From: Thermoanaerobaculia bacterium
Lineage (GTDB): Bacteria; Acidobacteriota; Thermoanaerobaculia; UBA5066
NCBI GenBank assembly: GCA_963719225.1
Contig: CAVRAY010000001.1
Coordinates: 2,304,001 to 2,368,000, forward strand
Direction: 5' to 3'
DNA: 64,000 nucleotides
In this document: positions 36,754 to 49,174 of the stretch, in pieces
Layout: every line of letters begins with the position of its first letter
How positions within the stretch are numbered: position 1 is the stretch's first letter
Notes under the pieces: generated by a model
Database searches by the model: none
Told to the model about the DNA's origin: nothing
The model's input: the letters and a program-made list of their open reading frames with translations, nothing else
Translations under genes and position numbers: made by a program

Positions 36754-38886
36754 ATGAACAGCACTCTCATACGGGGTCCTGCGCTCGTCGCGCTGCTCGG
36801 CACACTCGCGCTCGCTTCGGTCTCTCACGCGCAATCACCGGCCGGCGATGACATCCAGCAGACGGTCGCACGCGTGGCGTACCTTTCCGGGCAGGTCTCG
36901 TACAGCCGCGGCGACGACCCGGACGAATGGCAGCGCGCGTCCCTCAACTTCCCGATGACGCTCGGCGATCGCCTTTACACGTCGAAGGGTTCGCGCCTGG
37001 AGCTCCAGACCGAGGGCGCCTTGATCTACCTGGCACCCGGGACGGATTTCGCCGCGCTCAACCTCACGTACGAAGTGAAGCAGTTCTCGCTGGGAATAGG
37101 GTCCGCTTCGTTCCGCATCCGGCGAATCGGCTCCGGGGAGTCCTTCGAGGTCGACACCCCGAACGCCGCGGTCACGTTCGACGGTGCCGGCGAATACCGG
37201 ATCGACGTCGACCGCGACGGCAACACTCGCGTCATCGTCAAGCGCGGGCACGCGTACGTGGCTGCGGCGGGCGGCGAGGTTCCGCTCGAAGCGGGCCGAA
37301 TGATGGCGATCGACGGCATCGACTCGCCCGCCTACGACATCGGGTCGCTCCCGCGCCCCGACTCCTGGGATCAGTGGGTCGTGACGCGCTCGCGGCGCGC
37401 CCGCGACAAGGGCTCGCGCCGCTATGTCAACGCCGACATCTCCGGGGTCGACGACCTCGATGAATACGGAGCCTGGTCGCAGATCCCCGAATATGGCAGG
37501 TGCTGGAGCCCGACGAGAGTGTCTGCAGACTGGCAGCCCTACCGCGCCGGACGCTGGGTTTGGCAGGACCCCTGGGGCTGGAGCTGGGTCTCGAACGAGC
37601 CCTGGGGTTGGGCTCCTTATCATTACGGACGTTGGGTGAGGTCTCGAGCGCGCTGGTACTGGGTGCCCGTCGGTCCGGATGTCCGCACGGTCCGCTACGC
37701 GCCGGCGCTCGTCGCGTTCGTCGGCGGTCCCGGCTTCTCATTCTCCGTCTCGGTCGGCAGAGGCGGAAACGTCGGGTGGTTCCCGCTGGCGCCCCGCGAG
37801 CCGTTCGTTCCGTGGTGGGGCTCGCGGGCCCGTGAAACGAACCTCCCCAACGTCACGAACGTCACCTACGTGAACCGCACGTATGTGACGGTGGTCAACC
37901 AGAACACTTTCGTTTCCGGCGCGCCGATCGCGAGGAACATGATCCGCGACGCGAGGGTCGTGCGCGAAATCTCCGCGGCGCCCGTCGTCCGCGGCCCGCT
38001 CCAGGTCGTGCCGGTCGCATCATCGATCCGGGTGTCGACGGATAAGGCCGGCGCGGCGCCACGCCCGCCGGCCGCAGCCCTGACCCGTGCCGTAGTCACG
38101 CGTCTCGCGCCACCCCCGGCGCCAGCTTTGTTTCGTCAGAAGGAGAACCTGATCCGCGAGAACCGCGGCGCCCCCGTGCAGGCCGCGGAGGCCGCACGCC
38201 TTGCGCCGGTCTCCCGGGCCATCCGGCCCACCCGCTCCGTCGTCGTCGAGCCGGGCCGGGTCACACTCACGCCGAAAAAGGCGCAAGGTGCGGGTCCGGC
38301 GCCCGTGCCGGTAGTGCGCGAGGTCGCCCCTGGACCAGCGCGCCGTCCAGCGCCGCCGGTCGGCACCCATGAGGCGCCCCCCGGCCAGGCGAAGAGCGCA
38401 CCAGCGCCGGCGCAGCAGGAACTCGATGCCCGCAAGGCGCAGAAGCAACAGCAGGAGGCCGAAGGCGCTCGCGTGAAGCAGCAGCAGGGGGTCGATGCCC
38501 GTAAGGCGCAGAAACAGCAGCAGGAGGCCGAAGGCGCTCGCGTGAAGCAGCAGCAGGGGGTCGATGCCCGTAAGGCACAGAAACAGCAGCAGGAGGCCGA
38601 AGGCGCTCGCGTGAAGCAGCAGCAGGGGGTCGATGCCCGCAAAACGCAGGAAGCCGAGAGCGCCCGCAAGGGTCAGCAGCAAGAGCTCGATGCGCGCAAT
38701 GCGCAGAAAAAGCAGCAGGAGGCCGAAGCCGCTCGCGTGGAGCAGCAGCAACTCGACCCCAGCAAGGCACAGGAGGCCGCGCAGCCCAAGGCAAAGACGG
38801 ACGACCAGAAGAAGGAAAAGAACGACAAGGACAAGGACAAAGACAAAAACAAGAAGGATCAGCCCGGCGAGAAGGAGAAGGGCTGA
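36754..38886 (+). CDS. secreted FecR-like/DUF6600 protein with Pro-rich and Gln/Lys repeat tail
   Basis: Signal peptide, VARVAYLSGQVS...FEVDTPNAA, WQPYRAGRWVW...EPWGWAPYHYGRW, GWFPLAPRE. Confidence 0.85.
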   Translation: MNSTLIRGPALVALLGTLALASVSHAQSPAGDDIQQTVARVAYLSGQVSYSRGDDPDEWQRASLNFPMTLGDRLYTSKGSRLELQTEGALIYLAPGTDFAALNLTYEVKQFSLGIGSASFRIRRIGSGESFEVDTPNAAVTFDGAGEYRIDVDRDGNTRVIVKRGHAYVAAAGGEVPLEAGRMMAIDGIDSPAYDIGSLPRPDSWDQWVVTRSRRARDKGSRRYVNADISGVDDLDEYGAWSQIPEYGRCWSPTRVSADWQPYRAGRWVWQDPWGWSWVSNEPWGWAPYHYGRWVRSRARWYWVPVGPDVRTVRYAPALVAFVGGPGFSFSVSVGRGGNVGWFPLAPREPFVPWWGSRARETNLPNVTNVTYVNRTYVTVVNQNTFVSGAPIARNMIRDARVVREISAAPVVRGPLQVVPVASSIRVSTDKAGAAPRPPAAALTRAVVTRLAPPPAPALFRQKENLIRENRGAPVQAAEAARLAPVSRAIRPTRSVVVEPGRVTLTPKKAQGAGPAPVPVVREVAPGPARRPAPPVGTHEAPPGQAKSAPAPAQQELDARKAQKQQQEAEGARVKQQQGVDARKAQKQQQEAEGARVKQQQGVDARKAQKQQQEAEGARVKQQQGVDARKTQEAESARKGQQQELDARNAQKKQQEAEAARVEQQQLDPSKAQEAAQPKAKTDDQKKEKNDKDKDKDKNKKDQPGEKEKG
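38412..38770 (+). repeat. 69-bp (23-aa) coding tandem repeat, ~3 near-perfect plus ~2 degenerate units
   Basis: QQQGVDARKAQKQQQEAEGARVK. GAAGGCGCTCGCGTGAAGCAG recurs at 38461, 38530 and 38599. Confidence 0.9.
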
Positions 38887-40862
38887 GAGACCTCCTCTGG
38901 CGCTTTGCCATCCTCATCGCGGGCGCCGTCCTTCCGGCGCGTCCGGCGGTCGCGCAGGACACCGGACGGTGGGAGGTCGGCGCATACGCAGGCGGTTACT
39001 TCGGGAGCCGAATCTTCCTGGACCAAAGCACCGACATCCGGATCGGCAAGTCGGCCGCGTTCGGCCTGCGTGGAGCCTTCAACGTCGATCGCACGTTCAG
39101 CCTCGAGCTCACGCTGTCCCGCGGGAGCGCCCGTCTCGATGCGGTCAGCCCATCGACGGGCGCCTCGCTCGCCCCCTCGGCCCCGGTGGACGTCAATACC
39201 TTCGAGCTCAACGGCCTTTACGGGTTCGGCACAGGCCGGATGCGCGGCTACATGGGGCTGGGCGCGGGCGTCATGACGCTTCACCCGTTCGTTCCGGGCG
39301 TCGCGACGGAGGCGGACACACGGTTCGTCGCGAACGTCGCGCTCGGCGGGAAGCTCTTCCTGAGCGAGCGCCTTGCCCTCCGTTTCGACGCCCGGTATCG
39401 CTGGCGAAGCGCCAGCCGCGGGACCAGCACGGTCGTCTGCGGAAGCCTCGGCTGCTACGGCTTCACGACGGACCTCTACTCGAGCAGCGAGGTCACCGGC
39501 GGGCTCGCGTACCGGTTCGGAGGAGCGCGTATTTGGGATCTCCCGACAGCGCCGGCGACACCGGGCTCTTCCGCCGTCCTCGCGGCCCCGTCGAGGCGCC
39601 CGGCGCCGCCCGAGCGGTTCTTCACGGCCGCGGGCGAAGTCGTCCTCGTCGAGCTCCTGCCCTGGGCCTATGACCGGTACGTCACGAAGGACGACTTCGC
39701 GTTCATCTCCACGGCGAGCGTGAAGGAGAACTTCCGTAACGGCTTCGGCTACGACCGCGATGACTTCAACACGAACCAGGCGGCCCACCCGTTCCACGGC
39801 AGCCTGTACTTCAACGCCGCCAGGTCGAACGGCTACGGCTACTGGGAGTCGGGGGCGTTCACGCTGGCGGGCAGCTTCCTGTGGGAATGCTGTATGGAAA
39901 ACACCCAGCCCTCCATCAACGACATCGTGAACACCACGTTCGGAGGCATGTCGCGCGGCGAGATGGCGCACCGCCTCGGAGTGATGCTCCGCGACAACCA
40001 GGCGACCGGCTTCACGCGCTTTTGGCGTGAGCTCGCCGGCGTCATCGTTGATCCGATGGGGGGGTTCAACCGGCTCGTGCGCGGCGAGATGGCCGGCCAA
40101 TTCCCGAACCCGGACGAACGCTTCCCGAGCCGCTTCAGCGTCGTTGGCGACCTCGGCTACCGGCACATCGGCGGCGGAGCCCCCGATCCGAACCAGGCCG
40201 TCGTCTCTGTTTCCGCGGTCTACGGCGACGCCTTCGCCGGTGAGATACGCAAACCGTTCGACACGTTCTGGCTCGAGGCCGACATCGACACGTCGGGGGG
40301 CGTGTCGCGGGTCGAGGGACGGGGAGTCCTGAAGGGCTGGGAGCTGGGCGACCCGGCCTCGCAGGCGCGGCACATCCTCGGCGTCTTCCAGGAGTACGAG
40401 TACTTCAACAACGAGTCACAGATCTTCGCCGCGCAGATCTTCAGCGCAGGGCTGCTGTCACGATACAGCCTGGGGCCGAACCTCAAGATCTCGGCCGACG
40501 TCACCGCGATCGTGTTTCCTCTCGCCGGCATCCGGACGACCGACTTCCTGAATCCGGCGACGGGCCGGACCTACGACTACGCGCCCGGTGGCGGATTCCG
40601 CCTCGCCGCCCGTCTCTACCGGAAAGAATGGGAGATTATCAGGCTCGGTTACGGCGTCGCTTACGCTCGCACCGCGAACGGGAGCTCCTCCAGCAACACG
40701 CTGCAGTTCTTCCGCGCCTCCGCGCGCCTCCCCCTCACGCGGTCTCTGGGCGTGGGCGCGGGCTATTCGTGGTACAGCCGCAGGTCGACTTACTCCGGCG
40801 GCTTCCAGGAAGCGCCCAAGACTCAGTCCGAATGGCGACTGTTCGTGAGTTGGAGTCTTTAG
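38883..40862 (+). CDS. outer-membrane protein: small beta-barrel fused to a DUF3943-like domain; probable CTG start
   Basis: The frame of ORF 39186..40862 extends upstream to CTG at 38883 (CTGA overlap, GGAG upstream), giving the signal peptide LRDLLWRFAILIAGAVLPARPAVA. Also DDFNTNQAAHPFHGSLYF, SINDIVNT and a terminal strand LFVSWSL. Confidence 0.72.
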   Translation: MRDLLWRFAILIAGAVLPARPAVAQDTGRWEVGAYAGGYFGSRIFLDQSTDIRIGKSAAFGLRGAFNVDRTFSLELTLSRGSARLDAVSPSTGASLAPSAPVDVNTFELNGLYGFGTGRMRGYMGLGAGVMTLHPFVPGVATEADTRFVANVALGGKLFLSERLALRFDARYRWRSASRGTSTVVCGSLGCYGFTTDLYSSSEVTGGLAYRFGGARIWDLPTAPATPGSSAVLAAPSRRPAPPERFFTAAGEVVLVELLPWAYDRYVTKDDFAFISTASVKENFRNGFGYDRDDFNTNQAAHPFHGSLYFNAARSNGYGYWESGAFTLAGSFLWECCMENTQPSINDIVNTTFGGMSRGEMAHRLGVMLRDNQATGFTRFWRELAGVIVDPMGGFNRLVRGEMAGQFPNPDERFPSRFSVVGDLGYRHIGGGAPDPNQAVVSVSAVYGDAFAGEIRKPFDTFWLEADIDTSGGVSRVEGRGVLKGWELGDPASQARHILGVFQEYEYFNNESQIFAAQIFSAGLLSRYSLGPNLKISADVTAIVFPLAGIRTTDFLNPATGRTYDYAPGGGFRLAARLYRKEWEIIRLGYGVAYARTANGSSSSNTLQFFRASARLPLTRSLGVGAGYSWYSRRSTYSGGFQEAPKTQSEWRLFVSWSL

Positions 40863-40880
40863 GGAGGGTTACGATCACTC

Positions 40881-43800
40881 ATGATGCGATCCCTGTTCGG
40901 GCGGCGACGTCCCGTGGAGGAAGTGCCTCTCCGGGGCGAGATCCTGGGCCTCGAGAGCCTCGAGGAGCGCGCGAGGACGCTGGCCGGTATCTTCACGCTG
41001 GCGCGAGACTCCCGGGCGGACAGGCACGACGTCCGAAAGCGGCTGGACGCGAATCTCCGCGTCCTTCGCGAGGCCTACCGGGTCCTGGCCGGCGACGTCC
41101 GTCGGGGTGACGCCGTCGATCCCGCCGCCGAGTGGCTCCTCGACAACTTTCACCTCGTCGAATCCGAAGCGCGGGCGGTACGTCACGACCTCCCTTCGAG
41201 GTACTACCAGAAGCTCCCGAAGCTCGCCGCGCGCGAGCTCTCGGGCCGGGCCCGCATCCACGCGATGGCGCTGGAGCTCATCCGGCACGGCGACGGACGG
41301 CTCGACGCGGAGCGGCTCAACCGCTTCGTCCTCGCTTACCAGACGGTCGCGCCGCTGACGATCGGCGAGCTCTGGGCGTGGCCCAGCATGCTCAAGCTCG
41401 CGCTCCTGGAGAACCTGCGGATCCTGGCCGCGGGGATCCTGTCGGGGCGAGCCGCAAGGCGGGAGGCGGACGCCGCGCTCGAAAGGCTGGCCGGCGGCGG
41501 CCCGCCCGAGCCGCTTCCCGACCCTCTTCACAGCGCATTCGTCGCGCAGCTGCGGCACCGGATGCACGAAGCCGATCCACGCGTCTCGTCGCTTCATGCG
41601 CGGATGGAGGAAGCATTTCCCGAGGGCGGCCCGACGTCCGAGGACGCCGTCCGAGCCGAGCACCAGCGTCAGGCCACCGACCAGGCCTCGACGGGCAACA
41701 CGATCACGAGCCTGAGGCTCTGCGCCACGCTCGACTGGAGCCGCTTCGTGGAGCGGGTCAGCCTGGTGGAGCAGATCCTGCGCCGCGATCCGGCGGGCGT
41801 CTATACGCGCATGGATTTCCAGAGCCGGGACCGTTACCGCCAGGCCGTGGAGGACCTCGCCGAGCCCACGGGCGAGGCTCAGGTGCGTGTCGCCCTGCGC
41901 GCCGTGGAGAGCGCACGCCAGGCGGCGGAGAAAAAGGGAATCGGCGAGAGAGCCGCCCACGTGGGTCACCACCTGATCGGCCCGGGTCGGGTCGGCCTGG
42001 AGATCGACGTGGCATACACGCCGCGGCTCGGCCAGCGCCTCCGCCGGTTCGCCTTCGCCCACGCGACGGCGGCGTACCTCGGCGGCGTCGGCCTCCTGAC
42101 CGGCCTCGTCGTCTACGCGGCGATGAAGTACGTGGGAGCCTCCGGGGCTCCGCAGTTGGCGATCGCCGCGGCGCTTCTCGCGACGATCCCCGGGAGCGAG
42201 CTCGCGGTTCTCATCGTTCAGCGTCTCGTCGCCGCGTTCGTGCCGCCGCGGCGGCTGGCCCGCGTCGACCTCATCGGGGGCGTTCCCGAGAGCGCCCGCA
42301 CGATGGTGGTCGTGCCGGCGCTCTTCGGAGGCGTGAAGGGCGTCGAGGCTCTGCTGGAGCACCTCGAGGTGCAGGCCCTCGGCAACCTCGATCCGCACAT
42401 CCACTTCGCGATCCTCGGCGACTTCAAGGACGCGCCCGCCCAGACCATGGAGGGCGACGCGGAGATCCTGGCGGCCGCCACCGCCGGGATCGAGGACCTC
42501 AACCGGCGCCACGCGACCGAGGCTAAAGACCGCTTCTTCCTGTTCCACCGGGAGCGCCGGTGGAACGCGAAAGAGGGCGTGTTCATGGGCTGGGAGAGAA
42601 AGCGGGGCAAGCTCGAGGAGCTGAACAGACTGCTCCGCGACGCGGGCGACACCGGCTTCATCGTGCGTCAGGGGGAGCTTTCGATCCTGCCGTCCGTCCG
42701 CTACGTCCTCACGCTCGACGCGGACTCGCGGCTTCCGAGAGGCGCCGCGCACACCCTGATCGGGATCCTCTCCCACCCGCTGAACAGACCCGTCTTCGAT
42801 CCGTCGGTGGGACGGGTGACGGAGGGATACGGAATCCTCCAGCCACGAGTCAGCGTCACGCTCGCGAGCGCCGCCGGGTCGCTCTTCGCGCGGGTCTATG
42901 CCGGCCACACGGGAGTCGATCCGTACACGACGGCCGTCTCCGATACCTATCAGGATCTCTTCGGCGAGGGCGTCTTCACGGGCAAGGGGCTCTACGACGT
43001 GGACGCCTTTCGCGCGGCCGTGGACGGGCGCGTCCCCGAGAACGCGCTCCTCTCGCACGACCTCTTCGAGGGCCTGCACGCGAGGACCGGCCTCGTCTCC
43101 GACGTGGAGGTGGTGGACGACTATCCCGCGAACCTCCTTGCGCACGCGCGGCGCCAGCACCGCTGGGTGCGCGGCGACTGGCAGATCCTGGCCTGGCTCC
43201 TGCCGATGGTCCCGACTCCGAGGGGCTTCGCGAAGAACCGCCTGCCGCTCATCAGCCAGTGGAAGATCCTGGACAACCTCCGGCGGAGCCTCGTCGCTCC
43301 TTCCCTTCTCGCTCTCTTCGCTGCCGCCTGGACGGTCCTGCCCGGGAACCCGCTCGCCTGGACACTCGCCGGTCTCGCGGTCGTTTCGTTCCCGCTCGTC
43401 ACGTCGCTCCTCCACCTGCTGAAGAGGCCGCCCGCGTACGAGCCGGCCCGGGTCCACCTGCACGGGCTTCTCGAGGAGCTGAGCACGGCTTCCGCGCAGG
43501 CACTCCTGACGCTCGTCTTCCTCCCCTACCACGCATGGGAGATGGTGCATGCCATCGCCCTGACGCTCGTGAGGCTCGTCATCACGCAGCGCCGCCTGCT
43601 GGACTGGGAGACCGCCGCGGCGCAGGCGGCGCGGGCCGCGTCGCGCGAAGGAATCCGCCCATTCCTGGCGGAGATGGCGGCGAGCCCGATTGCCGCGGCC
43701 GTTCTCGTGGCTCTCACCGCTGTGGCGCGTCCCGGCGCTCTTCCCCTAGCTCTGCCTTTTGCCGTTCTCTGGGCGATCGCGCCCTTCCTCGCCTTTTGGC

Positions 43801-46800
43801 TGAGTCATCCGGTCCCGCCGCGGCGGCGCGAGCTGTCCCCCGCGGATCGCGAGCTCCTCCTCGCGGTCGCCCGGAAGACCTGGAACTACTTCGAGACGCT
43901 GATCGGCCCCGAAGGCCACGGCCTTCCTCCCGACAATCTCCAGGAGGAGCCCGCCCGCGTCGTGGCGCACCGGACCTCGCCCACCAACATCGGCATGGGC
44001 CTTCTCTCGACGCTCGCGGCTCACGATCTGGGTTTCCTGCCGGCGGACGCGATGCTCGAGAGGCTCGAGGAGACTCTGACGACCGTCGAAGGGCTGGAGC
44101 GACACGAGGGGCATCTCCTGAACTGGTACGACACGCGGAATCTCTCGGCGCTCCTTCCGCGCTACGTCTCCACGGTGGACAGCGGCAATCTCGCCGGGGC
44201 GCTGCTCGCGCTGGCCGAAGGATGCCGGCGGCTGGCCGCCTCGCAACCGCCGCTTGCCGCGCGCCTCCTCGACCTCGCCCTGCGCGCCGCGTCTTTCGCC
44301 GACGGAATGGACTTCGCGTTCCTCTACGACCGCGAGCGCCAGCTGTTCTCGATCGGCTACCGGCTGGCCGACTCCGGGGGCCCCGGCCGGCTGGACAGCT
44401 CGTACTACGACCTCCTCGCCTCGGAGGCGCGGATCGCGAGCTTCTTCGCCATCGCCAAGGGGGACGTCGCGCAGAGTCACTGGTTCCACCTCGGGCGGCT
44501 CGTGGTGAGCGTGGACGGCGTCCCGACGCTCGTATCGTGGAGCGCGTCGATGTTCGAGTACCTGATGCCGCTCCTCCTGATGAGGACGTATCCCGGGACG
44601 CTCCTCGACCAGACATATCGCATGGCCGTTCGCAGGCAGCGCCAGTACGCGCGCGACCGTGGCGTGCCCTGGGGCATCTCCGAGTCGGCGTTCAACGTCG
44701 TGGACCGGCTCGGGAACTACCAGTACAAGGCCTTCGGCGTTCCGGGTCTCGGGCTGAAGCGCGGGCTGGCCGACGAGCTCGTGGTCGCGCCCTACGCGAC
44801 CGCGTTGGCCGCGATGGTGGATCCGGCGGAAGCTGCGCGAAACCTGAAGCGCCTCGCGGCCGCGGGGGCCGAGGGGGCGTTGGGCTTTTACGACGCCGTC
44901 GATTACACGCCGCGCAGGCCGGAGGACGCCGCCTCGCCTGCTCCGGCGCGCGGTGTCGGGGCAAGCGAAGGCGTGATCGTGAGAACGTACTTGGCGAACC
45001 ACCAGGGGATGACTCTCGTCGCCCTCGCGAACGTCCTTCTCGGCGACGTCATGGTGGACCGGTTTCACGCGGATCCCAGGATCCAGGCGACCGAGCTCCT
45101 CCTGCAGGAGAGGGTGCCGCGCGAGGCTCCCGTCATCCAGCCGCGTCCCGCGGAGGAAACCCGCGTGGTTCCCACGGTCGCTCGCGCCCCGCGCCGCCTC
45201 CGCTCGCCCCACACGCCGTACCCGCGCGCGCAGATCCTGTCGAACGGCGCCTATGTCGCGATCGTGACGAACGCTGGCGGAGGAGCGAGCTTCTGCCGGG
45301 ACCGGGCCGTCACGCGGTGGCGCGAGGACCCGACGCGCGACCCGGGCAGTCAGTTCATCTATCTGCGTGACGTCCGCGGCGGCGCGGTCTGGTCCGCCGG
45401 CTATCAGCCCGTCGGCGTGGAGCCGGAGAGCTATCTCGTGGAGCTCCTCCCCGAGAAGGCCGTCATCCAGCGACGCGATCACGGCATCGAGACGCGCCTG
45501 GAGGTCGCGGTCTCGCCCGAGGACGACGCCGAGGTCCGGCGGGTCTCCGTGACGAACCGGAGCGACTGGCCGCGCGAAATCGAGCTGACGAGCTACGTCG
45601 AGATCGCGCTCGGATCCATCTCCGAGGACGTCGCGCATCCCGCCTTCGGGAAGCTCTTCGTCGAGACCGAGTGGGTGCCGGAGAGTACCGCCCTCCTCGC
45701 GCGGCGCCGCGCGCGAGGCCCGCACGACCCGGCTTTCTATGCCTTTCACGTCCTGTCCATCGACGGACGGATGCAGGCTCCCGTCGAGTGGGAGACGGAC
45801 CGCATGCGATTTCTGGGTCGCGGGCGCGGCCCCGACGACCCGGTCGCTCTCGACGGGCGGGCGCTCTCGGGCACCACGGGCGCCGTGCTCGACCCGATCC
45901 TCAGCCTGAGGACGCGGCTGCGCCTCGCGCCCGGCGCCTTCGCCCGGCTCTCCCTCGCGACCGGCGTCGCCGCGGACGAGATCGCGGCGCGCGCGCTCGC
46001 GCAGAAGTATCGCGACCCCGGCGTCGCCGCCCGCACGTTTGCCCTCGCCTACACGCACGCGCAGGTCTCGATCCGGCACCTGGGCATCTCCGCCGAGGAG
46101 GCCCAGCTCTTCGAGCGCCTCGGCTCCCGTGTCTTTTTCTCCGACGCGTCGCTGCGCGCCGAACGGGACCTGCTGGAAAAGAGCACCCTGGGACAAGCGG
46201 GCCTCTGGGGACACGGCATCTCGGGCGATCTCCCCATCGTCCTGGTCCGCGTGACCGAGCCGGACGACCTGCCGCTCGTGCGTCACGTCCTGATGGCGCA
46301 GGAGCTCTGGCGCCTCAAGGGGCTGAAGGCGGACGCCGTGATCCTGAACGAGCATCCCGCCAGCTATCGCGACGAGATGCACGAGCAGCTCGTCGAGCTC
46401 GTCGAGGGCGGCGCGTGGGGCGGATGGCAGGGGAAGCCCGGAGGCATCTTCCTTCTCCGCGGCGATGCGATGCCGGACGCGGAGCGGATTCTCCTCAATA
46501 CGGTCGCCCGCACGGTTCTCTCCGGAGAACGCGGGGAGCTGGAGGAACAGCTCGACCGCCACGAGCCGGAGCCCGTGTTTCCTGTCACGGCCCGGCAGGC
46601 CGCCGAGCCGGCGGATGTCGAAGAGCCGGAGGCGCCGGTCGAGCCTCCGCCTCTCGTCATGGAGAACGGGCTCGGCGGCTTCACGCGCGACGGCGGCGAA
46701 TACGTGGTCGTCCTCGAGGGCGAACGCGAGACTCCGCTCCCGTGGGTCAGCGTGCTCGCGAACCCGGGGTTCGGAACCATCGTCACGAGCTCGGGCGCGG

Positions 46801-49132
46801 CCCACACCTGGTGCGAGAACAGCCGTGAGAACCGCCTCACACCGTTCGCGAACGATCCCGTCACCGACCCGACCGCGGAAGCGATCTTCATGCGCGACGA
46901 GGAAGGCGGCGCCGCCTGGGGAGCCACGCCGGGGCCCCTGCAAGCGGACGTCACGCTCCCCGCGGTGGGCGGTACGCCACGCGCCCGGCGTGACGCGCTG
47001 GCAGAGCGCCGGGCGCGGCATCGCGCAGGAGCTGGCGGTCTTCGTGTCCCGGAACGAGCCGGTCAAGCTGTCCCTTCTGACCGTCACGAACCGCTCGAAC
47101 CGGCCTCGCCGGCTCAGCCTCTTCGCATACAACGAGTGGTCGCTCGGACCCCCGAAACCGGGAGTGGCGCGCTCGTGGTGACGGAGCGCGACCCGGACAG
47201 GGCGCGGTCTTCGCGCGCAATCCGTACAGCGAGGACTCAGCGGCCGCGTCGCGTTCGCGGGCGCCAGCGAACGCCTCTTCTCGGCCACCGGCGACCGCCG
47301 GGAGTTCCTGGGCCGCAACGGCTCGCTCCAACGTGCGGCCGCGTTCATGCGCACGCGGCTCTCGGGCCGCTTCGGCGCGGGGCTCGATCCCTGCGCGGCC
47401 CTGCAAGTGGCGTCGACCTCCTGCCGGGCGAGACGCGGCGCGTCGTGTTTCTGCTCGGCCAGGGCCGTGACCTCGTCGAGACGCGCGCGCTCTTCCGGCG
47501 CTACTCGGGAGCGGCCGGCCTCGCCGCGGCCGAAGCCGAGCTCGAAGTGGTGGAGGCGTTCTGGGAGGAGATGCTCGGCGCCGTGCGGGTCTCGACCCCC
47601 GACGACTCCTTCGACCTGCTCGTGAACAGGTGGCTCCTCTACCAGGACCTGGCCTGCCGGCTCTGGGCGCGATCCGGCTATTACCAGCCGAGCGGCGCGT
47701 ACGGTTTCCGCGACCAGCTCCAGGACGTCCTGGCGCTGATGTTCGACGCGACCCGACCTGACCCGCGAGCATCTCCTGCGCGCGGCGGCGCGCCAGTTCA
47801 CGGAGGGCGACGTGCAGCACTGGTGGGACGCGCTCGACCGGCCGCGGAATTCGAACGCGATGCTCGGACGATCTCCTGTGGCTGCCCGTACGCGCTGGCC
47901 CAGTACCTCGAAAGCGACCGGCGACGTCTCTGTCCTCGACGAACGGGTGACGTACCTCGAGGCGCCTGCCGTTCCAGCCGGGAGAGGCGGAGGCCTACGG
48001 GCTGCCGACGGTCTCGACGGAAGAGGGCCCGCTCTTCGAGCACGGTCTCAAGGCCATCGACCGCGCGCTGACGCCGGCTCCCACGGCCTGCCGCTCATCG
48101 GCAGCGGCGACTGGAACGACGGCTACAACCGCGTCGGGCCCCCGGGCCGCGGGGAGAGCGTCTTCGTCGGATGGTTCCTGCACGCGGTCCTGGGCGCCTT
48201 CGCTCCGCTTTGCGACGAGCGAGGCGACGCGCCGCGTGCCGGCGTTACCGCGCCGAGCGCAAGCGCCTCGGGCGCGATGCTCGAGCAGAGCTGGGACGGC
48301 GAGTGGTATCGGCGCGCCTACTTCGACGACGGCACGCCGCTGGGATCCGCCCAGAACGACGAGGGCGGCATCGACTCGGTCGCGCAGACCTGGGCCGTGC
48401 TCTCGGGCGCCGCGCCGAAGAAGCGGGCCGAGCGCGCGATGGATGCGGTGCGCGCCCAGCTCGTGAGACGCGCGTCGCAGGTCATCCTTCTCCTCTCGCC
48501 GCCCTTCGACCGCACGGCCCTCGACCCCGGCTACATCAAGGGTTACCTCCCGGGAGTCCGCGAGAACGGCGGACAGTACACGCACGCGGCCCAGTGGGTC
48601 GTCCTGGCCCTCGCGCGCCTCGGGTAGCGGCGACGAGGCGGCCGAGCTCTTCCACATGCTCAACCCGATCAACCACGCACGCACCGCCGCGGAGGTCGAG
48701 CAATACAAGACCGAGCCCTACGCCGTGGCGGGGGACGTCTACGACCACCCCGCGCACCGCGGTCGCGGGGGATGGACCTGGTACACCGGCTCGGCCGGCT
48801 GGATGTATCGCGTCGGCCTGGAGGGGATTCTCGGGCTCACGCGCCGCGGCGCCACTTCGCGGTGGACCCGTGCATCCCGTCGTCGTGGCCCGGCTTCTCC
48901 GATCGAATGGCGCTTCGGAAAGACCCGATACACGATCGAAGTCGAGAACCCGAACCGTCGCGGCGGCGGCGTCCTGAGCGCCGAGCTCGACGGAGTGGCG
49001 GCGGACTCCGCCGCGATCCCCCTCGTGGACGACGGCGGAGTGCACAGGGTGCGGATCGTCCTGGGGGCGCGGAAGGCGGTCTCCGGCGCCGGGCTGACGC
49101 CGGTTCCGGAAACGACGTCCCCTGCCCGGTGA
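40881..49132 (+). CDS. ndvB: cyclic beta-1,2-glucan synthase/phosphorylase (NdvB/ChvB-like, GT84 + GH94); many frameshifts after ~46940
   Basis: [91 protein letters not shown]. Confidence 0.88.
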
Positions 49133-49174
49133 GCGGCGGCGGGATTTTTTCGCCTACGCCCGGGGTCAGCCGAC

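Noticed and set aside
38412-38770. Tandem repeats as a CRISPR array
   Set aside because: The units are contiguous in-frame 69-mers with no unique spacers, and there are no cas genes in the window.
2522-47801. Long antisense and alternative-frame ORFs (e.g. 2522..5233+, 5737..7839+, 40875..43550-, 43746..47801-)
   Set aside because: These are shadow ORFs expected in high-GC DNA. They are Arg/Gly/Pro-rich, have no motifs and overlap well-supported genes.
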